Part shown: piece by piece, positions 1 through 9,415 of the stretch
Position numbering within the stretch: position 1 is the stretch's first letter
How the letters are laid out: each line of letters opens with the position of its first letter
Assembly: GCF_003367075.2 (NCBI RefSeq)
Contig: NZ_CP065936.1
Span: 870,001 to 902,000, forward strand
From: Cylindrospermopsis raciborskii Cr2010
Lineage (GTDB): Bacteria > Cyanobacteriota > Cyanobacteriia > Cyanobacteriales > Nostocaceae
Direction of reading: 5' to 3'
DNA: 32,000 bases
Notes under the pieces: generated by a model
Told to the model about the DNA's origin: nothing
Database searches by the model: none
Seen by the model: the letters and a program-made list of their open reading frames with translations, nothing else
Program-made: the position numbers and the translations under genes

Positions 1-2
1 AT

Positions 3-332
3 TGGGCTAAGCAAGGTATCTTAATGCTAAATGCGGTGTTAACCGTAAGAGAGGGACAAGCCAATTCTCATAAAAATCAAGGTTGGGAACTTTTCACCGA
101 TGAGGTGATTAAAAAGGTTAATGAAAAAACAAAACCCGTCATCTTTGTTCTTTGGGGTGGATATGCGAGAAAAAAAGTCAAACTAATTGACACAAATCGA
201 CACTTAGTGATTGAATCAGCCCACCCTTCTCCTTTATCCGCCTATCATGGCTTTTTTGGTAGCAAACCCTTCTCAGCAATAAATTCAGCTTTAAAGATCT
301 GGGATAAACCAGAAATTGACTGGGGATTATAG
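3..332 (+). CDS. ung: Uracil-DNA glycosylase, C-terminal part (5' end outside window)
   Basis: The frame is open from base 3 ([23 protein letters not shown]). It contains the UNG motif [21 protein letters not shown]. Confidence 0.93.
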   Translation, partial: WAKQGILMLNAVLTVREGQANSHKNQGWELFTDEVIKKVNEKTKPVIFVLWGGYARKKVKLIDTNRHLVIESAHPSPLSAYHGFFGSKPFSAINSALKIWDKPEIDWGL

Positions 333-396
333 CTTTAACCAAAACCAACCACGGATCCCATCTGTTAGAATCACTTTATAACTACCTTATGAAAAT

Positions 397-1875
397 ATGA
401 GCATAGCCACAGCTGTAAAAACAGAATACGAAGCCATCATAGGACTAGAAACCCATTGTCAACTTAGCACCAATACCAAAATTTTTTCCAGCAGCTCTAC
501 TGCTTTTGGTGCTGAACCCAACACCAATATTGACCCAGTCTGTATGGGTTTACCGGGTGTCTTACCAGTCCTCAATGCTAAAGTTCTAGAATATGCAGTT
601 AAAGCAGGTTTAGCTTTAAACTGTCAAATTGCCAAGTATAGTAAATTTGACCGTAAACAGTATTTTTATCCTGATCTGCCAAAAAACTATCAAATTTCCC
701 AATATGACCTACCCATAGCTGAACATGGTTGGCTAGAAATCGAAATGGTAGATGATCATGATAACCCCGTTCGTAAACGGATTGGTATTACTCGTCTACA
801 CATGGAAGAGGATGCAGGAAAGTTGGTGCATGCTGGCAGTGATCGATTAGCTGGTTCCAGTTATTCCCTAGTAGACTACAATCGTGCTGGTGTACCCTTA
901 ATAGAAATTGTTTCGGAACCCGATCTACGTTCCGGTCAAGAAGCAGCTGAATACGCCCAGGAATTACGTAGAATTATGCGATATTTGGGTGTGAGTGATG
1001 GGAATATGCAAGAAGGTTCCCTCCGCTGTGATGTGAATATTTCTGTTCGTCCAGTGGGGGAAAAGAAATTTGGCACTAAGGTGGAAATCAAAAATATGAA
1101 CTCCTTTAGTGCTATCCAAAGAGCAATAGATTATGAGATTCAACGTCAAATTGCTGCTATAGAAGCAGGAGAGAGAATAATTCAAGAAACCCGTTTGTGG
1201 GAGGAAGGTTCCCAACGCACTAGCAGTATGCGAGTGAAAGAAGGTTCTAGTGATTATCGTTATTTCCCCGAACCGGATTTAGCACCTATTGAAGTTTCCC
1301 ATAGCCAACTAGAAACCTGGAGATCTGAATTACCAGAATTACCCGCTCAAAAACGTCACCGTTATGAACATGAGTTGGGACTTTCAGCATACGATACCAG
1401 AGTCTTAACGGAGGATCTACCAGTCACAGAATATTTTGAAACTGCTATAAATGCTGGTGCTAACCCCAAATCAGCTGCTAATTGGATTACTCAAGATATA
1501 GCTGCCTACCTAAACAAACAAAAACTTACCATATCAGAAATTAAACTGACACCCCAGACCATAGCGGAGGTGATTAGTCGTATTGAGAAAGGTAAAATTA
1601 GTAATGCTCAAGCAAAAGAAAAATTGGCGGATTTACTTACAGGTATTTCTGTGGAGGAAGTCTTTGCTGGTCAGGAATTAATCACGGATCCAGCCGTGTT
1701 AGGTCCCATAGTGGATGAAATAATTGCTGCTAATCCACAACAGGTGGAGAAATACCGGGGTGGCAATATTAACCTCAAGGGTTTCTTTGTGGGACAAGTA
1801 TTGAAAAAGACTAATAAACGAGCGGAACCCAAACTAACCAACGAACTAGTGGAAAGAAAACTCAACAACTCATAA
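397..1875 (+). CDS. gatB: Aspartyl/glutamyl-tRNA(Asn/Gln) amidotransferase subunit B
   Basis: Full-length 492 aa ORF with GatB motifs YEAIIGLETHCQL, KYSKFDRKQYFYPDLPKNYQISQYD and AGVPLIEIVSEPD. Confidence 0.97.
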   Translation: MSIATAVKTEYEAIIGLETHCQLSTNTKIFSSSSTAFGAEPNTNIDPVCMGLPGVLPVLNAKVLEYAVKAGLALNCQIAKYSKFDRKQYFYPDLPKNYQISQYDLPIAEHGWLEIEMVDDHDNPVRKRIGITRLHMEEDAGKLVHAGSDRLAGSSYSLVDYNRAGVPLIEIVSEPDLRSGQEAAEYAQELRRIMRYLGVSDGNMQEGSLRCDVNISVRPVGEKKFGTKVEIKNMNSFSAIQRAIDYEIQRQIAAIEAGERIIQETRLWEEGSQRTSSMRVKEGSSDYRYFPEPDLAPIEVSHSQLETWRSELPELPAQKRHRYEHELGLSAYDTRVLTEDLPVTEYFETAINAGANPKSAANWITQDIAAYLNKQKLTISEIKLTPQTIAEVISRIEKGKISNAQAKEKLADLLTGISVEEVFAGQELITDPAVLGPIVDEIIAANPQQVEKYRGGNINLKGFFVGQVLKKTNKRAEPKLTNELVERKLNNS

Positions 1876-1923
1876 CCAACCGGAAAAAAAATGGAAAAAT
1901 TTGAAAAAAAACTAAAAAGGGGT

Positions 1924-1952
1924 TTGACCCCTCACACTAATAGTGTTATAGT
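1924..1952 (+). promoter_or_regulatory. Predicted sigma70-type promoter (TTGACC-N17-TATAGT) with an internal ACACTAATAGTGT inverted repeat
   Basis: TTGACC at 1924-1929, 17-nt spacer, TATAGT at 1947-1952. The inverted repeat ACACT-AAT-AGTGT at 1934-1946 fills most of the spacer. Confidence 0.5.
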
Positions 1953-1981
1953 GTGATAAGTAGATGCACCCTGATGATTTG

Positions 1982-2008
1982 GAGAGCTATTTCATGGCTC
2001 TCTTTTTT
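1982..2008 (+). terminator. Rho-independent-type terminator downstream of gatB
   Basis: GAGAGC (1982-1987), 9-nt loop, GCTCTC (1997-2002), followed by TTTTTT. Confidence 0.7.
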
Positions 2009-2105
2009 CATTTCTGGTAATTTTTGGTGATTTTTTTAGGTTCCCTTCGCCTTATATATGTATAATGGTTGTGCTAAGAACTTGTGGAGTTTTGGGGCCT
2101 TCATT

Positions 2106-3347
2106 ATGGCAGACTGGGATGAAATCACGGGTGGTATCACCGCAGCACGGGGATATAGAGCTGCAGGAATCGCAGCTGGGTTAAAACCTTCGGGACTACC
2201 TGATTTAGCTTTAATTCTATCAGACGTAGATGCAATTGCTGCTGGTGTATTCACCACAAGTCATGTAAGGGCCGCCTGTGTAGATTATTGTCGTCAAAGA
2301 CTACAGACCAAGCATACAACCAGAGCTATACTGTGTAATGCAGGTCAAGCTAATGCTGCAACTGGTGACCAAGGTATCAAAGATACAATAGAAAGTGCAA
2401 ACCTATTAGGGAAAGAACTAAATATAAACCCGGAGTCAATTTTGCTTGCTTCTACGGGGGTAATTGGTCAGAGAATTAAAATGGATGCTTTGGCAAATGG
2501 TATACCCAAACTGGTTGCCCAACTCTCGGAAACAGGTTCAGATGCAGCAGCTAAGGCTATTGTGACTACAGATTTAGTCACCAAATCCATTGCGTTGGAA
2601 ACCACCATACATGACCGTCCAGTACGTATTGGTGGTATTGCCAAAGGTTCAGGGATGATTCACCCGCAAATGGCTACCATGCTGGCATTTATCACCTGTG
2701 ATGCAGCGGTTTCCCCCACTCTATGGCAGCAAATGTTAACACGCGCTGCAGATAGAAGCTTCAATTCCATTACCGTAGATGGTGATACCAGCACTAATGA
2801 TAGTTTAATTGCCTTAGCCAATGGAGAATCTCGCACACCCGCTATTACCGAAATAGGACCAGAATCCGAAAAACTAGAAGGGATGTTAACAGCTGTTTGT
2901 CAACACTTGGCAAAAGCGATCGCTCGTGATGGTGAAGGTGCAACTTGTTTAGTAGAGGTACAGGTTACAGGTGCAGCGGATGAAACCGCAGCGCGACAAA
3001 TAGCTAAAACCATTGCTGGGTCATCCCTAGTCAAGGCGGCAATTTTTGGACGTGATCCCAATTGGGGACGTATTGCTGGTGCTGCTGGACGTGCGGGAGT
3101 GCCATTTGAACAAGATCACCTGAAAATTAAGATTGGTGACTTCCTGCTGATGGAAAATGGTCAACCCCTACCCTTTGATAAAGGTGCTGTCAATGCCTAT
3201 TTAAAACAAGCAGCTTCAGGAACTTATCTCAAAGAAGATACGGTGTTAATTACTGTCAGTGTTGGTCATGGAAATGGTTTTGGTCAAGCTTGGGGTTGTG
3301 ATTTGAGTTATGACTATGTAAAAATTAATGCCAAATATACAACTTAA
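2106..3347 (+). CDS. argJ: Bifunctional glutamate N-acetyltransferase/amino-acid acetyltransferase ArgJ
   Basis: The ORF track starts at 2058, but the conserved N-terminus begins at ATG 2106 (MADWDEITGGITAARGYRAAGI). Motifs: STGVIGQRIKMDAL, KGSGMIHPQMATMLAFITCDA, NSITVDGDTSTNDS. Confidence 0.95.
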   Translation: MADWDEITGGITAARGYRAAGIAAGLKPSGLPDLALILSDVDAIAAGVFTTSHVRAACVDYCRQRLQTKHTTRAILCNAGQANAATGDQGIKDTIESANLLGKELNINPESILLASTGVIGQRIKMDALANGIPKLVAQLSETGSDAAAKAIVTTDLVTKSIALETTIHDRPVRIGGIAKGSGMIHPQMATMLAFITCDAAVSPTLWQQMLTRAADRSFNSITVDGDTSTNDSLIALANGESRTPAITEIGPESEKLEGMLTAVCQHLAKAIARDGEGATCLVEVQVTGAADETAARQIAKTIAGSSLVKAAIFGRDPNWGRIAGAAGRAGVPFEQDHLKIKIGDFLLMENGQPLPFDKGAVNAYLKQAASGTYLKEDTVLITVSVGHGNGFGQAWGCDLSYDYVKINAKYTT

Positions 3348-3370
3348 CAACTTAGATATAACACATAACT

Positions 3371-4660
3371 ATGAGTGCGACTTCTCAGTTTCTAACCCTA
3401 ACGGGGATAAATAAGGTAACTCCTTGGGAAGAACTAGGTCAGACTGTACAAGAACGGGTGCGATTGGCAATGGATCAAACCCACCCCAGTTGTATGGTTT
3501 ATCCCCAAACCCAAGAAGAACTAAGTACGATTATAGCCACAGCAAATAGTAATAGATGGCGAGTTCTGACCTGTGGGGGGATGACGAAAATTAACTGGGG
3601 TGGTTTAACCAGTCCTGATATTATTGTCATTGTCAGCACAGAATATATAAATAAACTCATAGAACATGCGGTTGGTGATTTGACCATTACAGTAGAAGCG
3701 GGAATCAAATTCAGGGAAATCCAGGAGATTTTAGGCAAACGTGGGCAAACCTTGGGATTAGATCCTGCGTTTCCTGAACATGCGACTATTGGGGGTATAG
3801 TAGCGACTGGGGACACTGGTTCTCTACGTCAACGTTATGGAGGAGTGCGTGACCAACTTTTAGGCATAACTTTTGTCCGCGCTGATGGAAAAATTGCCAA
3901 AGCTGGGGGAAGGGTGGTGAAAAACGTTGCTGGTTATGATCTGATGAAATTGTTGACTGGTGCTTATGGTACTCTGGGGGTTATCAGTCAAGTTACCCTT
4001 AGGGTTTATCCTTTACCAGAAACTTCGGGAACAGTAATACTAACTGGTCAACCTGAACCTATTTCCCAGGTTGCCAAAATTCTTCAAAGTTCTCAATTAA
4101 CACCAACCCAAGCTGATTTAATATCCCATGGATTAGTTTCCCAATTAGGTTTAGGAGACGGTATTGGTTTAATGGTTAGGTTTCAAAGTATTGAGAACAG
4201 CGTCCAGCAGCAGTTACAAAGATGTTCAAGTATGGGGGAAGAACTAGGTTTAACATCAACAGTCTATTTAGGTGATGAGACTAAGCAAGAAGCCAGTCTA
4301 TGGCAACAATTACCAGAACTAATCTATAACTGCGGGCACAATTGGGAAATTACTGCCAAAATAGGAGTATTGCCAACTGCTGCTGTGAACATCATTAGTC
4401 AAATCCAGTATGGATTAATTCATCTCAATAGCGGGTTAGGTTTAGTCCGGTTAGAAGACGAAAATCCGGTTCTCACCTTGCGCAGTTTGTGTCAGGAGAA
4501 TTTAGGGTTTTTAAGTATGTTATCCGCACCGGTAACAGTCAAAAAAAATATGGATGTTTGGGGTTATAATGCCAATAACATAGAAATTATGCGACGGATT
4601 AAACAACAATTTGATCCCAATTCCATATTAAATCCTGGTCGATTTATAGGTGGGATTTAA
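3371..4660 (+). CDS. glcE: Glycolate oxidase FAD-binding subunit (GlcE-like)
   Basis: FAD_binding_4 features (HATIGGIVATGDTGSLRQRYGGVRDQLLG) and C-terminal DPNSILNPGRF. Followed by a glcF-like gene. Confidence 0.85.
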   Translation: MSATSQFLTLTGINKVTPWEELGQTVQERVRLAMDQTHPSCMVYPQTQEELSTIIATANSNRWRVLTCGGMTKINWGGLTSPDIIVIVSTEYINKLIEHAVGDLTITVEAGIKFREIQEILGKRGQTLGLDPAFPEHATIGGIVATGDTGSLRQRYGGVRDQLLGITFVRADGKIAKAGGRVVKNVAGYDLMKLLTGAYGTLGVISQVTLRVYPLPETSGTVILTGQPEPISQVAKILQSSQLTPTQADLISHGLVSQLGLGDGIGLMVRFQSIENSVQQQLQRCSSMGEELGLTSTVYLGDETKQEASLWQQLPELIYNCGHNWEITAKIGVLPTAAVNIISQIQYGLIHLNSGLGLVRLEDENPVLTLRSLCQENLGFLSMLSAPVTVKKNMDVWGYNANNIEIMRRIKQQFDPNSILNPGRFIGGI

Positions 4661-4776
4661 GTTTGGCGACTTAAATTTGGCAATTTAAATTTTGGTAATA
4701 ATTAATCAAGCAGATTTTTAAAAAGTATAAATCAAAAATATCAAAAACTGTCAAAAACTAAAAGAGGAACAAAATC

Positions 4777-6132
4777 ATGCAAATTGCCAGTGGTTCCAGC
4801 AATGATATGAAAAATCTACAGGGATTTGATTCCAACCATCCCCCCGACCCAAAATTAATTGATAGTTGTGTGCATTGTGGATTTTGTCTTTCCACATGTC
4901 CTAGTTATCGGGTGATAGGTAAAGAAATGGACTCACCCAGAGGTCGTATTTATTTAATGGATGCTATTAACGAAGGGGAAATTGCCCTAAATACTGCTAC
5001 AGTTCAACACTTTGACTCTTGCTTAGGTTGTCTTGCCTGTGTTTCTACTTGTCCTTCTGGAGTACAGTATGATAAGTTGATTTCCGCGACTCGTCACCAG
5101 GTAGAAAGGAATTATCAGCGCAGTTTTGCTGATAAATTAATCCGACAATTAATCTTCTCCCTTTTTCCTAATCCAGATATTTTAAGAATATTGCTTTTTC
5201 CCCTATTTCTCTATCAGAAGTTGGGAATTTCCCAATTGTTACGCGCTACCAGACTAATCCAGAAAATCTCTCCTAGGTTAGCTGCGATGGAATCAATTTT
5301 ACCGAAAATTACCATCCAGTCTTTTGGTAATAATTTACCAGATATCATTCCCGCTCAGGGTGCAAAACGCTATCGAGTAGGAATGATTTTAGGATGTGTA
5401 CAACGTCTGTTTTTCTCCCCCGTTAATGAAGCAACAGTGCGGGTTTTAACTGCTAATGGTTGTGAGGTAATCATTCCCAAGTCCCAGGGTTGTTGTGCTG
5501 CGCTTCCTGAACACCAAGGACAAACAGAACAAGCAAAAGCTTTAGCAAGACAAATGATTGACAGTTTTGCAGATAGCAATGTGGATTTTATCATTATTAA
5601 TGCTGCTGGTTGTGGTCATACCTTAAAGGAATATGGTCATATTTTAGCTGATGACCCAGAATACGCAGCAAAAGCTCAAATATTTGCAGCAAAGGTAAAA
5701 GATGCGCAGGAATTTTTAGTGTCGGTTGGGTTAACTGCTGAACTTTCATCCTTGAGCGACAAACCTTTAACTTTAGTTTATCAAGATGCTTGTCATTTAT
5801 TGCACGGTCAAAAAATTAGTCTTCAACCTCGTCAACTTCTAAAACAAATTCCAGGGGTAAATTTAAAAGAACCTTTAGATGCTGCTTTGTGTTGTGGAAG
5901 CGCAGGAGTTTATAATCTCCTACAACCAGAAATTGCTCAGGAGCTGGGTGAGCAAAAAGCACAGAATTTATTAAATACAGGTGCTGATGTTATTGCTTCT
6001 CCTAACCCAGGATGTAGTTTACAAATCAGTAAATATTTGGGGGATAGAAAAGCATCTGTCATGCACCCTATGGAATTATTGGACTATTCTATTCGCAATC
6101 AAAAATTGCCACTGGAGCAGATTATTTCATAA
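4777..6132 (+). CDS. glcF: Glycolate oxidase iron-sulfur subunit (GlcF-like)
   Basis: Two 4Fe-4S motifs (CVHCGFCLSTCPSY, CLGCLACVSTCPSG) and CCG-domain motifs (GCCAALPEHQGQ, CCGSAGVYNLLQPEIA). Confidence 0.92.
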   Translation: MQIASGSSNDMKNLQGFDSNHPPDPKLIDSCVHCGFCLSTCPSYRVIGKEMDSPRGRIYLMDAINEGEIALNTATVQHFDSCLGCLACVSTCPSGVQYDKLISATRHQVERNYQRSFADKLIRQLIFSLFPNPDILRILLFPLFLYQKLGISQLLRATRLIQKISPRLAAMESILPKITIQSFGNNLPDIIPAQGAKRYRVGMILGCVQRLFFSPVNEATVRVLTANGCEVIIPKSQGCCAALPEHQGQTEQAKALARQMIDSFADSNVDFIIINAAGCGHTLKEYGHILADDPEYAAKAQIFAAKVKDAQEFLVSVGLTAELSSLSDKPLTLVYQDACHLLHGQKISLQPRQLLKQIPGVNLKEPLDAALCCGSAGVYNLLQPEIAQELGEQKAQNLLNTGADVIASPNPGCSLQISKYLGDRKASVMHPMELLDYSIRNQKLPLEQIIS

Positions 6133-7126
6133 AGAACTTGGATAAATATTTACCTACTTTGGGAAGTAGGGATTTCAGTACATTTGGTATAAAGAGCATA
6201 AGTAGGGAATTTTCTATCAATGAAACTGAATCATGGGAGAAAACATTGACGCTGATTACCAAGTTAGTGACTACCCAAACCAACCAGCTAATAACAGGTT
6301 CTATAAATTTATCCACAGATTTATTTCTTATCCTTACCAGTAGTTTTTTTAATTGACTGATAATTAGTAAACTCAATGTTCCCAAAACTAAAAATATTAT
6401 TATCCAACCCAAGGTTGAGATTAATATTGATAACCACAATGACATTCCGGAGGAGATTTTCCAGGTTATGACAGCTGCGGGAAATATAGCAGATACAAAC
6501 CAATACACTGAATTCAAATTACTTCTTAGACATTTGGTGACTTGTTCTGTTAGCCAATAATGGGAATTGACAATACCAGAAGCATCCCCATTGTTTATTA
6601 AGTCCTGGGATATTTTTTGGATAATATCACCGTCAAATAGTATGGTGCTTTGCATCATAATATTTAAATTATCAAAATGCTGATTTTCAGTTGATTGATA
6701 ATAGGAATTAAAGGTAAACCCAGATTGAAATTTAATGGTTTTATTGCGGTTCTGACTGGTGAGTATTTTCCAAGTTTTTACCAGGAAGAAATATATTAAA
6801 ACAGATAACTGGGGATGTTGATAAATATCCACACTCTTATCATAATTCTCATCCCTATCAACAAGGGAATCAAAAATGGAATAGTACCATAAATTCAATA
6901 ACAGTCCCTTGGGTATATCTAAAGATATACCCTGCAATTTTAACTGTGCAATTTTTTCTAAAATAGTTCTATTTAAATAAAAACTATATGCTCCTTCCTC
7001 AGCTTTTACCTCTAAGCAACAATTATCTTGGCCATTATTTTGGGGAAATTGCCAGGGAAATAAGAAACCATAATTCAAACTATAATTCAGGTCTGGTTTC
7101 TGGTAATTTTCTTGGAATATATTCAC
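6122..7126 (-). CDS. Hypothetical membrane protein, last gene of a three-gene cluster
   Basis: 334 aa ORF with hydrophobic C-terminal segments (WFVSAIFPAAVITW, LWLSILISTLGWIIIFLVLGTLSLLII, ISWLVWVVTNLVISVNVF). Overlaps the glcF 3' end by 11 bp in the convergent orientation. Confidence 0.75.
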   Translation of the reverse strand: MNIFQENYQKPDLNYSLNYGFLFPWQFPQNNGQDNCCLEVKAEEGAYSFYLNRTILEKIAQLKLQGISLDIPKGLLLNLWYYSIFDSLVDRDENYDKSVDIYQHPQLSVLIYFFLVKTWKILTSQNRNKTIKFQSGFTFNSYYQSTENQHFDNLNIMMQSTILFDGDIIQKISQDLINNGDASGIVNSHYWLTEQVTKCLRSNLNSVYWFVSAIFPAAVITWKISSGMSLWLSILISTLGWIIIFLVLGTLSLLIISQLKKLLVRIRNKSVDKFIEPVISWLVWVVTNLVISVNVFSHDSVSLIENSLLMLFIPNVLKSLLPKVGKYLSKFFMK

Positions 7127-7160
7127 GCATCACCCACCCAAACTACTAACATATCTAAGT

Positions 7161-7958
7161 TCAAGAAGCAATACCTTTGATAAAATTAATCAGGAAGTCT
7201 ATTACCTCACGCCATTGTTTTTCTCCAGATACCACTCCATCATTATGAACCTTCATAATTAGATCTTTATCAGATTCCTTCAAACTGAATAAATCGCGGT
7301 GATAACGAGTAATAATATCTCCGTCTAATTGGATGATGGTTTGAGCATAGATGGTATCCACATTTTCACTTGTGACATCACCCCCATCCAGTGCTGCTTT
7401 CATTTCTGAAACCTTCCGCAAGGTCAATACAAACTTATCATCAGTCACTAGTTCGGCGATTTTCTGATAATTTTCCACCTGACTTTCCTGGTCAAAAGGT
7501 GAGGGTAAAACTATTTGGGATACTTTTGTACCATCGGAATTTAAGCGATTTTCATCTATATATTGCAGACGACTACGATATTCCTGCACCACCCGAGCTT
7601 TGGGTGATGGAGACTCTAATTCCTTGATTAAAAGCGTATAAATATATTCTCTTTCCAATTGCAAGAATATATTAATATAACGGTCTTCTAACTCGGACAC
7701 AATGTTCTTACTGGCAAAATAATTGGGTTGACTTATGGCATAAATATTATAGTATGATTGCCAGGGGTTGAATTTGGAACCGCTAATACTACTTACAACT
7801 ATTGTATTTACCTCTAAGCTTGTAATATCCCTAACTATTACGCCTACGGTATCAACAAATTTGCCCAGTAGGTCTTTAGCTCTCCCTGCTGTACCTTGAT
7901 TTGGCTGAGATTCCAAAGAATTTGAGTCTTTTGCTAACATGGGGGTTGCTCTCCGCAT
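7161..7958 (-). CDS. Hypothetical protein, middle gene of a three-gene cluster
   Basis: 265 aa ORF. Gaps to neighbouring same-strand ORFs are 34 bp and 19 bp. No family recognised. Confidence 0.75.
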   Translation of the reverse strand: MRRATPMLAKDSNSLESQPNQGTAGRAKDLLGKFVDTVGVIVRDITSLEVNTIVVSSISGSKFNPWQSYYNIYAISQPNYFASKNIVSELEDRYINIFLQLEREYIYTLLIKELESPSPKARVVQEYRSRLQYIDENRLNSDGTKVSQIVLPSPFDQESQVENYQKIAELVTDDKFVLTLRKVSEMKAALDGGDVTSENVDTIYAQTIIQLDGDIITRYHRDLFSLKESDKDLIMKVHNDGVVSGEKQWREVIDFLINFIKGIAS

Positions 7959-7977
7959 TAAGTACCGTGGATAAATG

Positions 7978-8466
7978 CTAGGGAAGTTTTGCTAGTTGCG
8001 AACTTTGGCTATTTTGACTTTGTTTAACCATTGACATCAAAATCTCACCCAGTTTTTGCACGCTTTCTATGTTTTTTTGGATTATTTCCCGACCTTCCTG
8101 AACTTGGCTCAAATGAAATTCCCTCAGCTCTACATAGGGACCACTACCAATGAAGCTAGTACCTATTTCATTTCTAATGTCACCATCAACCAGGTTAATA
8201 CGGGTTACCATTTTGTTCTCTGGTTTGGCACTAGAAGCGTTGTTGTTATATGATGACTCATCAATAACAGAAGTTTCAATTTGTAACTCAATTACATCTG
8301 CAAGGACTGTCTTAACAATATCCATGACACTACTCAAGTTCACAGCATTGCTCTTAAAATCTAAATTGTTAAGCTGGCTTTGGAACTTATTTACTTTTGC
8401 TGACTCGACCTTTTCAATTTGCACTGTTTGGATTTCTAGGTTGGCGGAGAGGTTGGTTTCAGACAT
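7978..8466 (-). CDS. Hypothetical protein, first gene of a three-gene cluster
   Basis: 162 aa ORF, 19 bp upstream of the next same-strand ORF. No family recognised. Confidence 0.7.
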   Translation of the reverse strand: MSETNLSANLEIQTVQIEKVESAKVNKFQSQLNNLDFKSNAVNLSSVMDIVKTVLADVIELQIETSVIDESSYNNNASSAKPENKMVTRINLVDGDIRNEIGTSFIGSGPYVELREFHLSQVQEGREIIQKNIESVQKLGEILMSMVKQSQNSQSSQLAKLP

Positions 8467-8604
8467 ACTTACTTTTAGGTACTATGTGAAAAAGTGTGGA
8501 TAGGACTGTATGGGTTTCCATTAGCACTCCACTAGGGCATTATTAACTACTTGAGATTTTTTTTCCATTGTTTTTAAAAAAACTTAACAAGAGTAAATTT
8601 TACT

Positions 8605-9390
8605 ATGCTATCAGCTCGCGAATTGATTATTGCTCCCTTGGTTTTTAGCCTGTCTATTCTCGCTGTGACTTCCAATCAGTACCTACGACTACAGGAATTG
8701 GTAACCGCTCCAGAAAATAGGTCAGGGGAGTCTGTGGAAAAAGATGACCAGAAAAATGCTTTACGTCTTAAATTGCTTGATAACATGCCCAGTTTTGGTT
8801 ATAACAATATACTCTCTAAATGGGTGTATATCGAGTTTTTACAATACTTTGGGGATGACCAGCAAAGACAGAGGACTGGTTATGGTCTAAGTCCGGAGTT
8901 TTTAAAAATCGTTCTCAAACATGATCCAAGATTCCTTGATGCTTATTTAAGTCTTTCTGTTAGCACCTCTTTATATGCTGGGATGCCTAAAACTGCTGTT
9001 AATCTAATGACGACTAATTTACAATTGCTCTCCCCCAAATTACCGCCAAAGTCCTATTATGTGTGGAGTTATAAGGGTATTGATGAGTTATTATTTTTAG
9101 GTGATCATCAAGCAGCTCGTCAGTCTTTTATAAAAGCTGCTACTTGGGCGCGGGAATATGATGATCCAGAGGCGCAAAAAGTGGTTTTCTTCTCTGAAAA
9201 AACTGCTAATTTCCTTTTGAGGAATCCTGACAGTAAGTTTGCTCGTATTGCCACCTGGAGCATGGTTTTACAAAATAATATGGATGGTAAAACTCGACAA
9301 ATTGCTATTGGCGAAATTGAAAATTTAGGTGGTAAGGTAGTTGTTAATAACTTGGGTTTACCCATTGTTATTTTTCCTGAAAGGGACTGA
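8605..9390 (+). CDS. Conserved hypothetical protein with N-terminal hydrophobic segment and TPR-like helical repeats
   Basis: 261 aa ORF. N-terminal LIIAPLVFSLSILAVTSNQYLRLQ, then helical repeat-like text (DPRFLDAYLSLSVSTSLYAG, GDHQAARQSFIKAATWA). Confidence 0.7.
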   Translation: MLSARELIIAPLVFSLSILAVTSNQYLRLQELVTAPENRSGESVEKDDQKNALRLKLLDNMPSFGYNNILSKWVYIEFLQYFGDDQQRQRTGYGLSPEFLKIVLKHDPRFLDAYLSLSVSTSLYAGMPKTAVNLMTTNLQLLSPKLPPKSYYVWSYKGIDELLFLGDHQAARQSFIKAATWAREYDDPEAQKVVFFSEKTANFLLRNPDSKFARIATWSMVLQNNMDGKTRQIAIGEIENLGGKVVVNNLGLPIVIFPERD

Positions 9391-9415
9391 CTTTTTCGGT
9401 TATGAATAGGAACGG

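Noticed and set aside
964-1215. Antisense ORFs within gatB, argJ, glcE, glcF, ftsH, aspS and miaB
   Set aside because: All are short, overlap strongly supported coding sequence and lack recognisable domains.
1928-1937. Yfr1-type small RNA, suggested by the CCCCTCACAC string near the gatB terminator
   Set aside because: It resembles only part of the conserved Yfr1 motif ACUCCUCACAC and lies between the predicted -35 and -10 boxes, so it would not be in the transcript.
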